IMG/VR virus record: IMGVR_UViG_3300032334_001259
Location: 274,436-338,435 of that record
Length of the DNA stretch: 64,000 bases
Direction: 5' to 3' (one strand)
A program made the translations under genes and the position numbers. The notes beneath the pieces are model-generated. The model did no database searches. It worked only from the letters and a program-made list of their open reading frames with translations, and was not told the DNA's origin. Positions 1 through 9,215 of the stretch are shown here, piece after piece; positions within the stretch are counted from its first letter, which is position 1, and every line of letters starts with the position of its first letter.

Positions 1-8
1 ACACGTTA

Positions 9-107
9 TAAGCTAGTTATTACATCTTATATTTTGTAAGTTTTTTAATTTTTAAGCTAGTTATTTTTCTAAAGTTAGTTTTCTACTGTTTCTATTTTAA
101 GCTAGTT
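9..107. repeat. Three direct copies of TAAGCTAGTT at about 45-bp period
   Basis: Copies at 9-18, 53-62 and 98-107, plus variant AAGTTAGTT at 72-80, in an AT-rich intergenic stretch. Confidence 0.55.
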
Positions 108-140
108 GTAGGGGAGTTCCGCACTCGCCTACATTTTTAT

Positions 141-353
141 TTAGCACTTAATACCGATATCACTCAACATTTCTTTCGCTTCACTACATTCTTGTTCTGT
201 CAGTTCATCACTCATTGCACTTAAAAACAACAATTCAAGTTCAGTTTCATCAAGATTTGTTGTCCAATCAACAGGTTCTTCTTTTTGTGGCCAAGTTTGT
301 TGAAAAGTAAACTTATAATTCCAAAAGTTTTGTTTATCGTTTTCCATTACCAT
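141..353 (-). CDS. hypothetical protein
   Basis: ORF packed head-to-tail with neighbours. Confidence 0.55.
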   Translation of the reverse strand: MVMENDKQNFWNYKFTFQQTWPQKEEPVDWTTNLDETELELLFLSAMSDELTEQECSEAKEMLSDIGIKC

Positions 354-613
354 GCCTCATAATCAGTTACATCTTTTTTAGCGATTTGTTGACCATCGTC
401 ATCAAAAGCGATAGCATTAATACTTTGACCAATGCCAGTAACATTTTCAGAAATAATCTTTACACTTCTGGCAGTCATCATTAAATCACCATCAAGCCAC
501 TCTTTAATTTTAAAGAGTTCGTTAGTGAGAATGTGAACGCCAGTAGTGTTACGTTTTCTTTTAGTCACGATCCATTGCAGCCGCTTCGTTGATAAGTTCA
601 ACAAGTTCTTCAA
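347..613 (-). CDS. hypothetical protein (true start probably near 568)
   Basis: ORF in minus-strand run; 5' part overlaps upstream gene. Confidence 0.5.
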   Translation of the reverse strand: MKNLLNLSTKRLQWIVTKRKRNTTGVHILTNELFKIKEWLDGDLMMTARSVKIISENVTGIGQSINAIAFDDDGQQIAKKDVTDYEAW

Positions 614-767
614 CTGAACTTACAAGAATCTTTGCACTCTTCCAATCTTCGTTACTATCACGACCACTAATTTCAAACATATAACCATTGTCATACATTC
701 TAATAGTAATATCTTCATTTACCTTTGCAAGTTTATCACCGATCTTCATAGTTTTTCCTTTTGCCAT
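561..767 (-). CDS. hypothetical phage protein
   Basis: MAKGK start with AAGGAGAG SD and sigma70-like promoter directly upstream. Confidence 0.75.
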   Translation of the reverse strand: MAKGKTMKIGDKLAKVNEDITIRMYDNGYMFEISGRDSNEDWKSAKILVSSVEELVELINEAAAMDRD

Positions 768-787
768 TTCTCTCTCCTTATAAACAT

Positions 788-816
788 AGTATAGCATTAA
801 ATTAGCATATGTCAAG
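788..816 (-). promoter_or_regulatory. sigma70-type early promoter
   Basis: CTTGACA-N16-TATACT with TG extension; similar elements at about 7011-7039, 14195-14222, 19012-19040, 20375-20403, 26560-26586, 43505-43533, 45058-45088, 48058-48086, 52395-52424, 55555-55582. Confidence 0.7.
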
Positions 817-818
817 TA

Positions 819-1181
819 TTATTTTAACGAATATTTTTCTAACATATACAGCATATAATGAAAGACTTTTGCACCATATCTTATTTTAAACGTATAAGTT
901 CCAGGTGTATCCATATATCCATAGTGATTATAAAGAATTTTGTTATCAGATGACCTATATACCCCAAATCTATCCAATAAAACTAAATGTGTATCATCAC
1001 ACATGATTTTTTTAATAATTACTTTACCATAATCTAATTTGACACAAATGTTTGTTATAGTTTTAGGATCATGTTCAAACACATATACTTTGACCCCATC
1101 ATCTGATTCTTCAATACAGTTAGGAGTTAAAGAATATTTTGAATTATCAAATGTTTCGAGATATAATTTTATTTTTTGCAT
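819..1181 (-). CDS. hypothetical protein
   Basis: 120-aa ORF overlapping end of radical SAM gene. Confidence 0.6.
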   Translation of the reverse strand: MQKIKLYLETFDNSKYSLTPNCIEESDDGVKVYVFEHDPKTITNICVKLDYGKVIIKKIMCDDTHLVLLDRFGVYRSSDNKILYNHYGYMDTPGTYTFKIRYGAKVFHYMLYMLEKYSLK

Positions 1182-2682
1182 TGGTTTCTTTATATATTTT
1201 CATCAAGTTATCAACTTCGGCAACCCATTTATTAATTACAAAAGCATCATGTCTTTCATAATTTAAACTATCTGCAAATTCAATTAGTCTATACCAACGG
1301 TCAATTCTTACATCAAAAGTATTTTCTGGGTTAACAGTGCTTGTCCAAAATTTTTGATATAAGTGTAAATCAACATTATGTGTTAACCCATGAGATTTCA
1401 TTATTTCTCGATTGGTAAAAAGAGGTGCATTTTCATTTAACATGAGTGTTGGACTTGCAACCCATGTTATCATCTTATTTGCAGCAAGATGTGAATGTCT
1501 TTTAAACATTTCTAAAGTTTGTTGAAAATCTTCTTCGGTTTCTGTTGGATAACCAACAATCATTAACCATATTTGTTTAATGCCAACCCTGTGCAAATTT
1601 TGAATACTATAATCAAGATCGTCATTATTGAATTTCTTTTTCATATCAAACCTTACACGTTCACTACCGCTCTCTACACCAATGCTCCACCGTTTGCAAC
1701 CTGCTCTTGCAGCCAAGTCAAAATCTTCTTCTGGCATTTGATGTTTTCCACGGAAAATAGCATAGCCTTGATAACTAATTTCATTGGGAATTTCTTTTGC
1801 TAAAATTTCATTGATGCGTCTATAATTGGTGACACTACCGTTTATTAAGTTATCTGTAAACTCTACATTACGAATACCAGTATTTCTATAATAAGAAATT
1901 ATTTCGTTTGCTACTTTTTCAGGATCTCTATATATAAATTTTGGCCAAAAACTTTCAACATCACAAAATGTGCATTTTCTTATACAACCTTTACTTCCTG
2001 TTACAACAAAATAAGGTTCTTGAACTATTCTCTCTAGGGTAGGATGGTTTTCAAGTTTTTTGTATTTAGTTAAATCATAATCACTATATTTTGGAAGTGG
2101 AACTAAATCTAAATCTTCTTTAGTTTGTTGTGGAGATTCATAAATTCCTGTAATATTTTCTTTTATTACTGTTATAATACTACTTTCCGCATCACCTACT
2201 ACAACAGTGTCAGCAATACCATTCTCAATAAAATTGACATAGTGTTTTTTAGAATTTGTAGTTAAACCACTTGTAACTTCTAAACCCTTACCACCAGCAA
2301 TAATTTTAATATGGGGGTAATATCTTCTTATCAAATAACTTATAATAAAAGAAAAATCTAAACTTTCACTTGTAAAAATACTTAAACCAATCCATTCTGG
2401 ATTATGTGTGATTACTAAATTGTTTAAAAATTTTTTAGTAAATTTTAATATATCTAAAAATAATCTACGTGGAAGTTTAAAGTCATACACATATCCAATG
2501 CAAAAAGTATTTTTTACCCCGATCCAATGGGGATTATCTATAAATTTTTCAAGAAAAAGTGTATTAAAATCAACAGCAGTTGCAGTTATGCCTGCATCAT
2601 TTAAGCAAGCACTTAATAAAATCGGCGCAACTTGAGGATGTGGGTGTATATAAGGAACACTTAATATTACTACTTTAGACAT
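1147..2682 (-). CDS. B12-binding radical SAM protein (class B methyltransferase-like)
   Basis: GCIRKCTFC CxxxCxxC; N-terminal B12-binding-like segment (IIAGG, VVGDAE); GVESGSERV; IVGYPTET. Confidence 0.9.
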   Translation of the reverse strand: MSKVVILSVPYIHPHPQVAPILLSACLNDAGITATAVDFNTLFLEKFIDNPHWIGVKNTFCIGYVYDFKLPRRLFLDILKFTKKFLNNLVITHNPEWIGLSIFTSESLDFSFIISYLIRRYYPHIKIIAGGKGLEVTSGLTTNSKKHYVNFIENGIADTVVVGDAESSIITVIKENITGIYESPQQTKEDLDLVPLPKYSDYDLTKYKKLENHPTLERIVQEPYFVVTGSKGCIRKCTFCDVESFWPKFIYRDPEKVANEIISYYRNTGIRNVEFTDNLINGSVTNYRRINEILAKEIPNEISYQGYAIFRGKHQMPEEDFDLAARAGCKRWSIGVESGSERVRFDMKKKFNNDDLDYSIQNLHRVGIKQIWLMIVGYPTETEEDFQQTLEMFKRHSHLAANKMITWVASPTLMLNENAPLFTNREIMKSHGLTHNVDLHLYQKFWTSTVNPENTFDVRIDRWYRLIEFADSLNYERHDAFVINKWVAEVDNLMKIYKETNAKNKIISRNI

Positions 2683-2687
2683 TGACC

Positions 2688-3005
2688 TTATTTAAACGCA
2701 CAAAATAATGGTTTAACATCTTTAGAACCATCACTCATTGTAAAAAATCCCCAAGCCTCTTTTGTTTTAACATTCCAAACAACCTTAAACATATTGCCAT
2801 TTGCATATTGTACAACTGTGAGATTAGGGTCATCCCAATAAGTTTTAGCGGGTTGAAAATCTCTATCACCCCACTGTATCATAGCAGTGCTTCCACCTTC
2901 AACGACAGTGAAATTTTCACCAGTTTGAAAAGCACATACAATACTATTTGTTTTAGCCACTGCAGGCGTAGCAAAAAGCAACGCTGCTAATAAAATCTTC
3001 TTCAT
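2688..3005 (-). CDS. secreted hypothetical protein
   Basis: Signal peptide MKKILLAALLFATPAVA. Confidence 0.7.
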   Translation of the reverse strand: MKKILLAALLFATPAVAKTNSIVCAFQTGENFTVVEGGSTAMIQWGDRDFQPAKTYWDDPNLTVVQYANGNMFKVVWNVKTKEAWGFFTMSDGSKDVKPLFCAFK

Positions 3006-3364
3006 GCTACGCTCCATGTATAATCATCAACTGTCATAACAGTTTCCATACCATCATATTCATCAATCCGATACTTTGTGCCAGATGGTAATTCACGGAT
3101 TTGCAAATCACTAAAACGGTCACTTGCCTTATCACCCAATTCTTCTACAACCTGCACAAGGTTAGGATCAGTGCGTGAAATATCATGGTCGGACCAGTAT
3201 TCGCCATCACGTTTCCAATGGCTAAAAAACTCGTTATCATTATCTTCACCAAGTGTCATTTTGGCACTTTCCAAAGTAAAGCCACTCAATTCAGCATACC
3301 GAAGAATTGCCTCTTTAGACAATCCAAATCCACCATAACATGCATTATATACAATTTTGGTCAT
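3002..3364 (-). CDS. conserved hypothetical phage protein
   Basis: CYGGFGLS...RTDPNLVQVVEELG...EYDGMETV pattern familiar from phage ORFs. Confidence 0.75.
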   Translation of the reverse strand: MTKIVYNACYGGFGLSKEAILRYAELSGFTLESAKMTLGEDNDNEFFSHWKRDGEYWSDHDISRTDPNLVQVVEELGDKASDRFSDLQIRELPSGTKYRIDEYDGMETVMTVDDYTWSVA

Positions 3365-3633
3365 ATGCCTACTGCCTCTGCTCTTTCACGATCTATACTC
3401 ATAATAACACTGTTACCAATATCTGTCAAGTCATTATTTGGGAAGAAAATGTAAGCATTTGGGTCATTTACCTTGGTGCCGTTTAGCCGTATGCCGCCGC
3501 TATCTACCAAACGGTTGAACTCACCTTTACTTTTAGCAAGTTTAGCATCTACGCCAATCTGTGCCAAGTCAATAGCACGAGCATATTCTGCCAGTGGAAT
3601 ATATTGCCAAGTTGTCAAGATTTCTTCTAACAC
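3361..3633 (-). CDS. stand-alone S4 RNA-binding domain (TyrRS C-terminal-like)
   Basis: LAKSKGEFNRLVDSGGIRLNGTKVND matches S4 consensus S(K/R)xEARRLIxxGGVxxNG. Confidence 0.7.
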   Translation of the reverse strand: MLEEILTTWQYIPLAEYARAIDLAQIGVDAKLAKSKGEFNRLVDSGGIRLNGTKVNDPNAYIFFPNNDLTDIGNSVIMSIDRERAEAVGI

Positions 3634-3914
3634 TATACGTAATCCTCACTACATGTTGGACACAACAGTGTGCGTGTCATTTCTTTTATATCTGGGTTAT
3701 CAAATCTTGAAAATGCATCCCATACTGGTTCCATCTTGTAATAAGAATAGTTCCAACCACGCAACTGTTCTTTGCGCTTTGCTGCACGGTTTTCAATATT
3801 ATCAGCAAGGTTATCCCGCTCGCTTTCCTCATGTGCGTGTTCTTCTGTATGGCTACACGCATCACACGTAAGCGTAAGATGATATGTTTTAACTGTGAAG
3901 GTATCTAAACCCAT
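3633..3914 (-). CDS. hypothetical protein with two CxxC motifs
   Basis: CDAC and CPTC; ATG overlaps stop of upstream ORF. Confidence 0.6.
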   Translation of the reverse strand: MGLDTFTVKTYHLTLTCDACSHTEEHAHEESERDNLADNIENRAAKRKEQLRGWNYSYYKMEPVWDAFSRFDNPDIKEMTRTLLCPTCSEDYV

Positions 3915-4090
3915 CAGTAAGTCTCTACTTCTTTCAACAACCGCTGACAGCGTTTGCGCCAATCATCACGCTGCTGTTGTGCCTTTTCATAACTCAATTC
4001 ATGCGAGTCATTAGCAATAAACCATACCAAATCACGATACTTCTCTAACTTGGCAATCTTTTCACGGATTGCGGTAATTTCCGCTTCCAT
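3914..4090 (-). CDS. 58-aa hypothetical protein (absent from ORF track)
   Basis: MEAEITAIREKIAKLEKYRDLVWFIANDSHELSYEKAQQQRDDWRKRCQRLLKEVETY; stop/start overlaps on both sides. Confidence 0.7.
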   Translation of the reverse strand: MEAEITAIREKIAKLEKYRDLVWFIANDSHELSYEKAQQQRDDWRKRCQRLLKEVETY

Positions 4091-4539
4091 TACCGATACA
4101 CTCCTGATCCAGCAATATCTTTTAAGGTATGACCATGCAAGTCCTTGCGGAAGTTATCACGACCTTCTGCACTCATTTCAGCATAATCTAATTTGTATGC
4201 CAACCGACCACATCCAAAATACACGCAAATGTGGGTTTCGTGCCTGACCACTACCGTGTAGGCACCCGAAATTGCAGCACCACCCATGCCACCATAACCA
4301 AGTGCAGTGCTGCCCCAAGTCTGTGGGAACATTACTACTTCAACTTCATCTGCCTGAACACGGCGAGTTTTAGTAACTCTTGGTACGGTGTCGGTCTTCA
4401 TTGCCGCACCTTGTTGTTCCTTGCTCAAAGCACGGTAAGCATCCCAATCTCGGTCTTGGTAGGTAATTTCAGGCAAGTCACGATGCACAGCAGCGGCTAC
4501 GGCTTCATGCAGTGCATCAAATGGTGTTCCTAATCTCAT
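4090..4539 (-). CDS. hypothetical phage protein
   Basis: Gly-rich PQTWGSTALGYGGMGG motif; coupled to neighbours. Confidence 0.7.
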   Translation of the reverse strand: MRLGTPFDALHEAVAAAVHRDLPEITYQDRDWDAYRALSKEQQGAAMKTDTVPRVTKTRRVQADEVEVVMFPQTWGSTALGYGGMGGAAISGAYTVVVRHETHICVYFGCGRLAYKLDYAEMSAEGRDNFRKDLHGHTLKDIAGSGVYR

Positions 4540-4772
4540 TATTCAACTCCAAAATATTTCTTTATATCATCACGAATCTTTTGAGCAGTGCCATCAATTG
4601 TAGCATGAACATCACACCATTCCATACATTCACGCACAATCAACTGCGCAAACTTCTCAACATCTTCTTGTTCGGCATGTCCATTAATAAAGTAGTGTCT
4701 AGGTGTTTCATGATCTACATAGTTCAACAGACCAGCATCTAACGCAAGTTCTTTAATTCGCTCGTTCATCAT
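4539..4772 (-). CDS. hypothetical phage protein
   Basis: MNERIKELA...EKFAQLIVREC pattern of small phage ORFs. Confidence 0.7.
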   Translation of the reverse strand: MMNERIKELALDAGLLNYVDHETPRHYFINGHAEQEDVEKFAQLIVRECMEWCDVHATIDGTAQKIRDDIKKYFGVE

Positions 4773-5061
4773 CCCAATTTTCCCAACACTCATACTCATC
4801 GTCCCAATGACGATTATCATATAATTTAATACTAACATAGAACCATAGTATTGTCAAGTCAAATTCTGGACCAGCATGATCACGACCAAACCACCAAGTG
4901 TCAAGATTGATGCTAAAAAATTCATCTAAACCGCTCCAAAATGAAACTTGTATTTCAAAATGTTTATGTCTGGTAATGCGGTAATTTCGTAAAAAAACAT
5001 TACGAGTTGATACCCAAGACTTGGCAAATGGATTGCCTATTCTCAAATGAAATCCTATCAT
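4753..5061 (-). CDS. hypothetical protein
   Basis: Aromatic-rich ORF (DHAGPEF...YDNRHWD). Confidence 0.65.
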   Translation of the reverse strand: MIGFHLRIGNPFAKSWVSTRNVFLRNYRITRHKHFEIQVSFWSGLDEFFSINLDTWWFGRDHAGPEFDLTILWFYVSIKLYDNRHWDDEYECWENWDDERAN

Positions 5062-5303
5062 TCTGCCCACCTCATTGCAAATAGTGTTGCATGTTCTGGA
5101 TTATTAAACCTTATCTTTGTTTGTTTATACGTTGGTTTAGTTCTACTATCTGTATGCCACATTTCCCAACCATATGCTTTTAATCGTCGTTCATACGTTT
5201 TAACTTGACCTACATTTTCAACAAGCCAAATTACAATCTGCGACCACTCTTCGCCACCACGCCCATACAAACCAGGTATTGTAATTGTTTTGCTCATGAC
5301 CAA
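5058..5303 (-). CDS. small protein, C-terminal 'F..RW' family
   Basis: Ends FNNPEHATLFAMRWAE. Confidence 0.65.
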   Translation of the reverse strand: MVMSKTITIPGLYGRGGEEWSQIVIWLVENVGQVKTYERRLKAYGWEMWHTDSRTKPTYKQTKIRFNNPEHATLFAMRWAE

Positions 5304-5494
5304 CGAACCAAAAATAAAATATACGCCTCTTTATCAAAAAAGTCAATAGTTTCCCAACCACGATAGCCAAATGAATTGTTTGGTAAGTTATCCAAGCACC
5401 ATTTTAGTATTTCTTCAAAAGAAGCAATACCATTATATTGCCATTCATTATACCATTGCCAATTCTCTGCTTTTATGCCCATCGTACTGCCCAC
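5294..5494 (-). CDS. small protein, C-terminal 'F..RW' family
   Basis: Ends FFDKEAYILFLVRWS. Confidence 0.65.
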   Translation of the reverse strand: MGSTMGIKAENWQWYNEWQYNGIASFEEILKWCLDNLPNNSFGYRGWETIDFFDKEAYILFLVRWS

Positions 5495-5697
5495 AATAAA
5501 AAATCTTCCTCACTGGCAAATTCAAGTGATACAAATCTTCCTTGGTCTCTGCCTATCGTTATACCTTGATCCTCATGCCACACTTCTGCTAATTGAATTA
5601 AGTGTTTTGGGTATTTTAGTTTACCATTATATTTTTTTACAATATAGGTATTACAACGATCAAACTGCCGTGAAACTTGGTTTATATCAATTATCAT
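5473..5697 (-). CDS. small protein, C-terminal 'F..RW' family
   Basis: Ends FASEEDFLLWAVRWA; GAGGT SD before MIIDIN. Confidence 0.65.
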   Translation of the reverse strand: MIIDINQVSRQFDRCNTYIVKKYNGKLKYPKHLIQLAEVWHEDQGITIGRDQGRFVSLEFASEEDFLLWAVRWA

Positions 5698-5725
5698 ACC
5701 TACCTCAAAAAAGTAGTGGGCAACA

Positions 5726-6997
5726 TCAGTCGCCCACTGCACCATCATAGTTCCACTTAAATGAACCCCATAGTGAACGGGCTTCATCTACTTTGGTCTG
5801 GCTACCAAGATGCTTGCGGATCAAATCCATAACCATCTTACGAGTATTCTTACCATCAAACTTACCAAACACAATACCAGGTGCAAACTGGTCTTGTGCC
5901 TTGATAGTAGGCATCCACTCTAACGCATAACGCTTGCGGTCAAGACCATGAGCAACAACCGTGTCAAAATAGTGATCATATGACTTCACGGTTTGGTTTA
6001 CACCAATCCAAAAATCGGTTTCAAAATCTTCAACACGCTTGCGGTCATCATCCAACATAAACGCCTTTGCATCATCCATCTTTTCTTCAACAAGAAGTTC
6101 AATGATGTTCTTCTCGTGAAGCAGATGATCCTTGGTCTTATGAATACGCAAATACCACTCACCCTTGCACTTGACCATGTGACCATCGTCAAAGCGTATG
6201 ATATAACCTTCAATGCCTTCTGCATCTTTGGTTTCATCCATAAGGTGTGACATAGATTGTGCAGAACCTTGGTAAGTCTGCACCACTTCTATGTCAAACA
6301 TATCACCGTATTCTTGCAACCATTGTAGGCTTGCATACACGCCGCTATCCTTACGACGAGCAGCAATCAACACAAGACGATCTACAGGATAGTCCACAAC
6401 AATACGTTGCTTACGTGAACACCATTCAAAGATAGGAGTGTAACCTGTCTTGTTTTCACACCAACGAGCAAATTGCTCATACTGTGGATGACGAGCAACA
6501 AACTCTTCTGCTTGCATAGAGACTTCGGTCAAACCCATCTTGGTTCCCCAACGGATGCTACCATCAGGCATGTAGACAGGCGTGATCATAGAGCCGTCTA
6601 ACTTCTCCAAGATAACATGTGGCTGCGTGAAGTCAATCACACCAAACTGCGTTTCATCACGTTCACCAATGTTGAAGAACTTGTGCAGACGGCGTGACAT
6701 GATAGAGCCGTCCTTGTGGAACAGCATACCACGACACTCACGACGAATAGCCGCAAGGTTGACAGATTCAGGGCAACGCTGTGAACCACAGTGATCAATA
6801 TCCTTGATCAATTGCTTGCAACCAGGACACCAGTATTCATCTTCCGTAACAGGAGGAAAGGTATCGGTCATGGATACCATGTAGTTGACTACATAGCCCC
6901 AATCACGTTCTGCAATGATAAACTCATCACGACCTTCAATCGCAGGACGAACCTGATCAAGGTGGGTGATGCGTGGGAAATCATACTTCATAGCCAT
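5726..6997 (-). CDS. rnl1: RNA ligase, T4 Rnl1 family
   Basis: RECRG, HKFFN, motif I EKLDGS, FEW, EGYII, KCKGEWY. Confidence 0.9.
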   Translation of the reverse strand: MAMKYDFPRITHLDQVRPAIEGRDEFIIAERDWGYVVNYMVSMTDTFPPVTEDEYWCPGCKQLIKDIDHCGSQRCPESVNLAAIRRECRGMLFHKDGSIMSRRLHKFFNIGERDETQFGVIDFTQPHVILEKLDGSMITPVYMPDGSIRWGTKMGLTEVSMQAEEFVARHPQYEQFARWCENKTGYTPIFEWCSRKQRIVVDYPVDRLVLIAARRKDSGVYASLQWLQEYGDMFDIEVVQTYQGSAQSMSHLMDETKDAEGIEGYIIRFDDGHMVKCKGEWYLRIHKTKDHLLHEKNIIELLVEEKMDDAKAFMLDDDRKRVEDFETDFWIGVNQTVKSYDHYFDTVVAHGLDRKRYALEWMPTIKAQDQFAPGIVFGKFDGKNTRKMVMDLIRKHLGSQTKVDEARSLWGSFKWNYDGAVGD

Positions 6998-7023
6998 TCT
7001 CCATTAGGCTATAATACCACAAT

Positions 7024-7236
7024 TTAGCGGTTTGTCAAGAGATCAATTCGGGTCTTAAGTACTTCTAATTCAAAGAGTTTTCCAAAGGCTTTACGGGCTT
7101 CCCGTTCACATTGGTCCTCTAACCTGTCAAAATGGTCTACTAACAGGTAGGCTTGATAGGAATAAAATACTAAAATAGCACATATTCCCATGCCCAATAA
7201 CCAAGCCAAAAATAGCGACAAATAATATAATATCAT
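7024..7236 (-). CDS. small membrane protein
   Basis: Hydrophobic N-terminal helix; ATG overlaps upstream stop. Confidence 0.5.
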   Translation of the reverse strand: MILYYLSLFLAWLLGMGICAILVFYSYQAYLLVDHFDRLEDQCEREARKAFGKLFELEVLKTRIDLLTNR

Positions 7237-9215
7237 GCTGCTATCATAGCATGATCTTGGGGTTTGTCAACCTTTAAATTTTCGGTTTTAATATGGGCAA
7301 TACCAAAGTTTTCACGGCGTTTCCAGTAGATATATTCCAAATACTGTGCTTCGGTAAGATTAACATCGCCATTATACTTGAATGTTACATGAACTGGTGT
7401 TTCAAGTTTAGTATTGTGCAGTAGATAATTGTAGAAATCGTAGTTGTATGTTCCAGTTACAGGATAGTTTTTAAGTGTATGATAATCAATTACACTCTTG
7501 CGTTGGAAGTCAATCAATTCATCAATAAACTTCTTGTCAACTTTGTATGTCTTACGCACAAATGCTTCAACCAAATTAAGAACATGTTCGATCTTATTAT
7601 TAGCAACAATACTAATAATAATCTTCCACATCAAACTCATGCGACGAATAGTAAAGTTATTAACCATCATCTTTTCATTACCACCAGTCCAACTATCATA
7701 GAAGTCAGCGATAGATTGGAACTCATTGCGCATAAACTCATCGCCTTGAAAATATTCATACAAGTTTTCATAGAAGTCAGCATAACTTACGCCAAACTTT
7801 TTGTTCAATACACGTGCAACATAACTTGTAATACCATTGGTATGCAGACCCATAAGATAACAACTGAATATAAGTGACTTCTTAAAATCTTCTGGTGGCA
7901 TATCTTTTGTTGCAACAGTGATTTCCACGCTCTCTTGCAAATCATCAAAGTTGTTTACACCATGGAAATAATCTGGTGCAAGGATTGTTTTAATTTGGAA
8001 CTCATCACGTTGCGCCAAGTTAAGTTCAGCATTTTCAAGCAACATACTGATCCATACTTCAATACCGTTGTGATTACCTGCTTCAAAGATGCGATAGAAG
8101 TTCTTGCGCCAAGTATCATATGTTTCACCTGGCAAACCAAGAATGAGTTCACTATAAACAGGAATATTTGCTTCTTCACAAAGTTTATAAATTTCACCTA
8201 CACGGTTGATTTCAAGGTTCTTACGCTTAATATTAGCCAACACATCTTCATCAAGACTTTGGAATGATACTGTTAAACCATAATTTGGGAAGTTACTGTT
8301 GATAAACTTGCTTACGATCTCAACAACTTCTTTCTTCTGGTTCTTGGCATAGTTAATAACATAGTTACGTGGATAACCATACTTGTAATTGGTTTCAATA
8401 AGTTTATCCGCAATCAACAAATCACGTTCTGGAAAAATACCAAAGTTAGCATCACAAATTGTAAAATGGTCTAACTTGTTTTGTCCCATCCATTCAATTT
8501 CAGCAAATACACGTTCTAAATCAAACTGCTTAATCTTGCTTTGTGTGATACTACCCCAATCACAGAATGTGCACATATATGGGCAACCACGATTGGTTTC
8601 TAACATACCATTCCAAGTAACAAGTGGATTGTCTGCCATAATCTTTTGGAATAATCCGCTTGTATATGGACTTGGAATTTCATCAAGTTTATCAATACGT
8701 TTGCTTACACCAGTATCAACACGTTTACCATTATCGTTTACAAGAATACCCTTGACACTTTTTAAATCGTCACGGTTAAGTAACATGTTTTTAAAACTGA
8801 TTTCACCTTCATTCTTAATGACTACATCCATAAATGGATAACGTTCAAAGATGTCCATCTTTTCAATCTGTGGTTCTGGACCACCAAATACAATCAATAT
8901 ATGCGGATATAATTTCTTAATAGTTTTAGCCAGTTTGTAATTATAATTACGATTCCAAATATATGTAGAGAAACCTACAATATCTGCATCTTTAAGTTTT
9001 TCAACAGCGACATCAATATCGTCTCGTCTCCATAACATTTCACCAAGTTCATATTGGTCAGTTACTTCACTAAACTGACTTACATAACTCCACAGCAGTC
9101 CTACGCTGTAGGGTAGATAAAATGCGTTAAGGTGTGTTGGACCTTGTTGGAAGTTGACACTTACGAAGCTGATTTTCTTTTTCATGATAAAATATTTATT
9201 GTCCTGTGATTTCAC
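7233..9215 (-). CDS. B12-binding radical SAM protein
   Basis: GFSTYIWN and VFGGPE (B12 domain); ETNRGCPYMCTFCDWG; ILGLPGET. Confidence 0.9.
   Translation of the reverse strand: MKSQDNKYFIMKKKISFVSVNFQQGPTHLNAFYLPYSVGLLWSYVSQFSEVTDQYELGEMLWRRDDIDVAVEKLKDADIVGFSTYIWNRNYNYKLAKTIKKLYPHILIVFGGPEPQIEKMDIFERYPFMDVVIKNEGEISFKNMLLNRDDLKSVKGILVNDNGKRVDTGVSKRIDKLDEIPSPYTSGLFQKIMADNPLVTWNGMLETNRGCPYMCTFCDWGSITQSKIKQFDLERVFAEIEWMGQNKLDHFTICDANFGIFPERDLLIADKLIETNYKYGYPRNYVINYAKNQKKEVVEIVSKFINSNFPNYGLTVSFQSLDEDVLANIKRKNLEINRVGEIYKLCEEANIPVYSELILGLPGETYDTWRKNFYRIFEAGNHNGIEVWISMLLENAELNLAQRDEFQIKTILAPDYFHGVNNFDDLQESVEITVATKDMPPEDFKKSLIFSCYLMGLHTNGITSYVARVLNKKFGVSYADFYENLYEYFQGDEFMRNEFQSIADFYDSWTGGNEKMMVNNFTIRRMSLMWKIIISIVANNKIEHVLNLVEAFVRKTYKVDKKFIDELIDFQRKSVIDYHTLKNYPVTGTYNYDFYNYLLHNTKLETPVHVTFKYNGDVNLTEAQYLEYIYWKRRENFGIAHIKTENLKVDKPQDHAMIAA

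Noticed and set aside
9-107. CRISPR array
   Set aside because: Repeat is only 10 bp, spacers are low-complexity, and no cas genes are in the window
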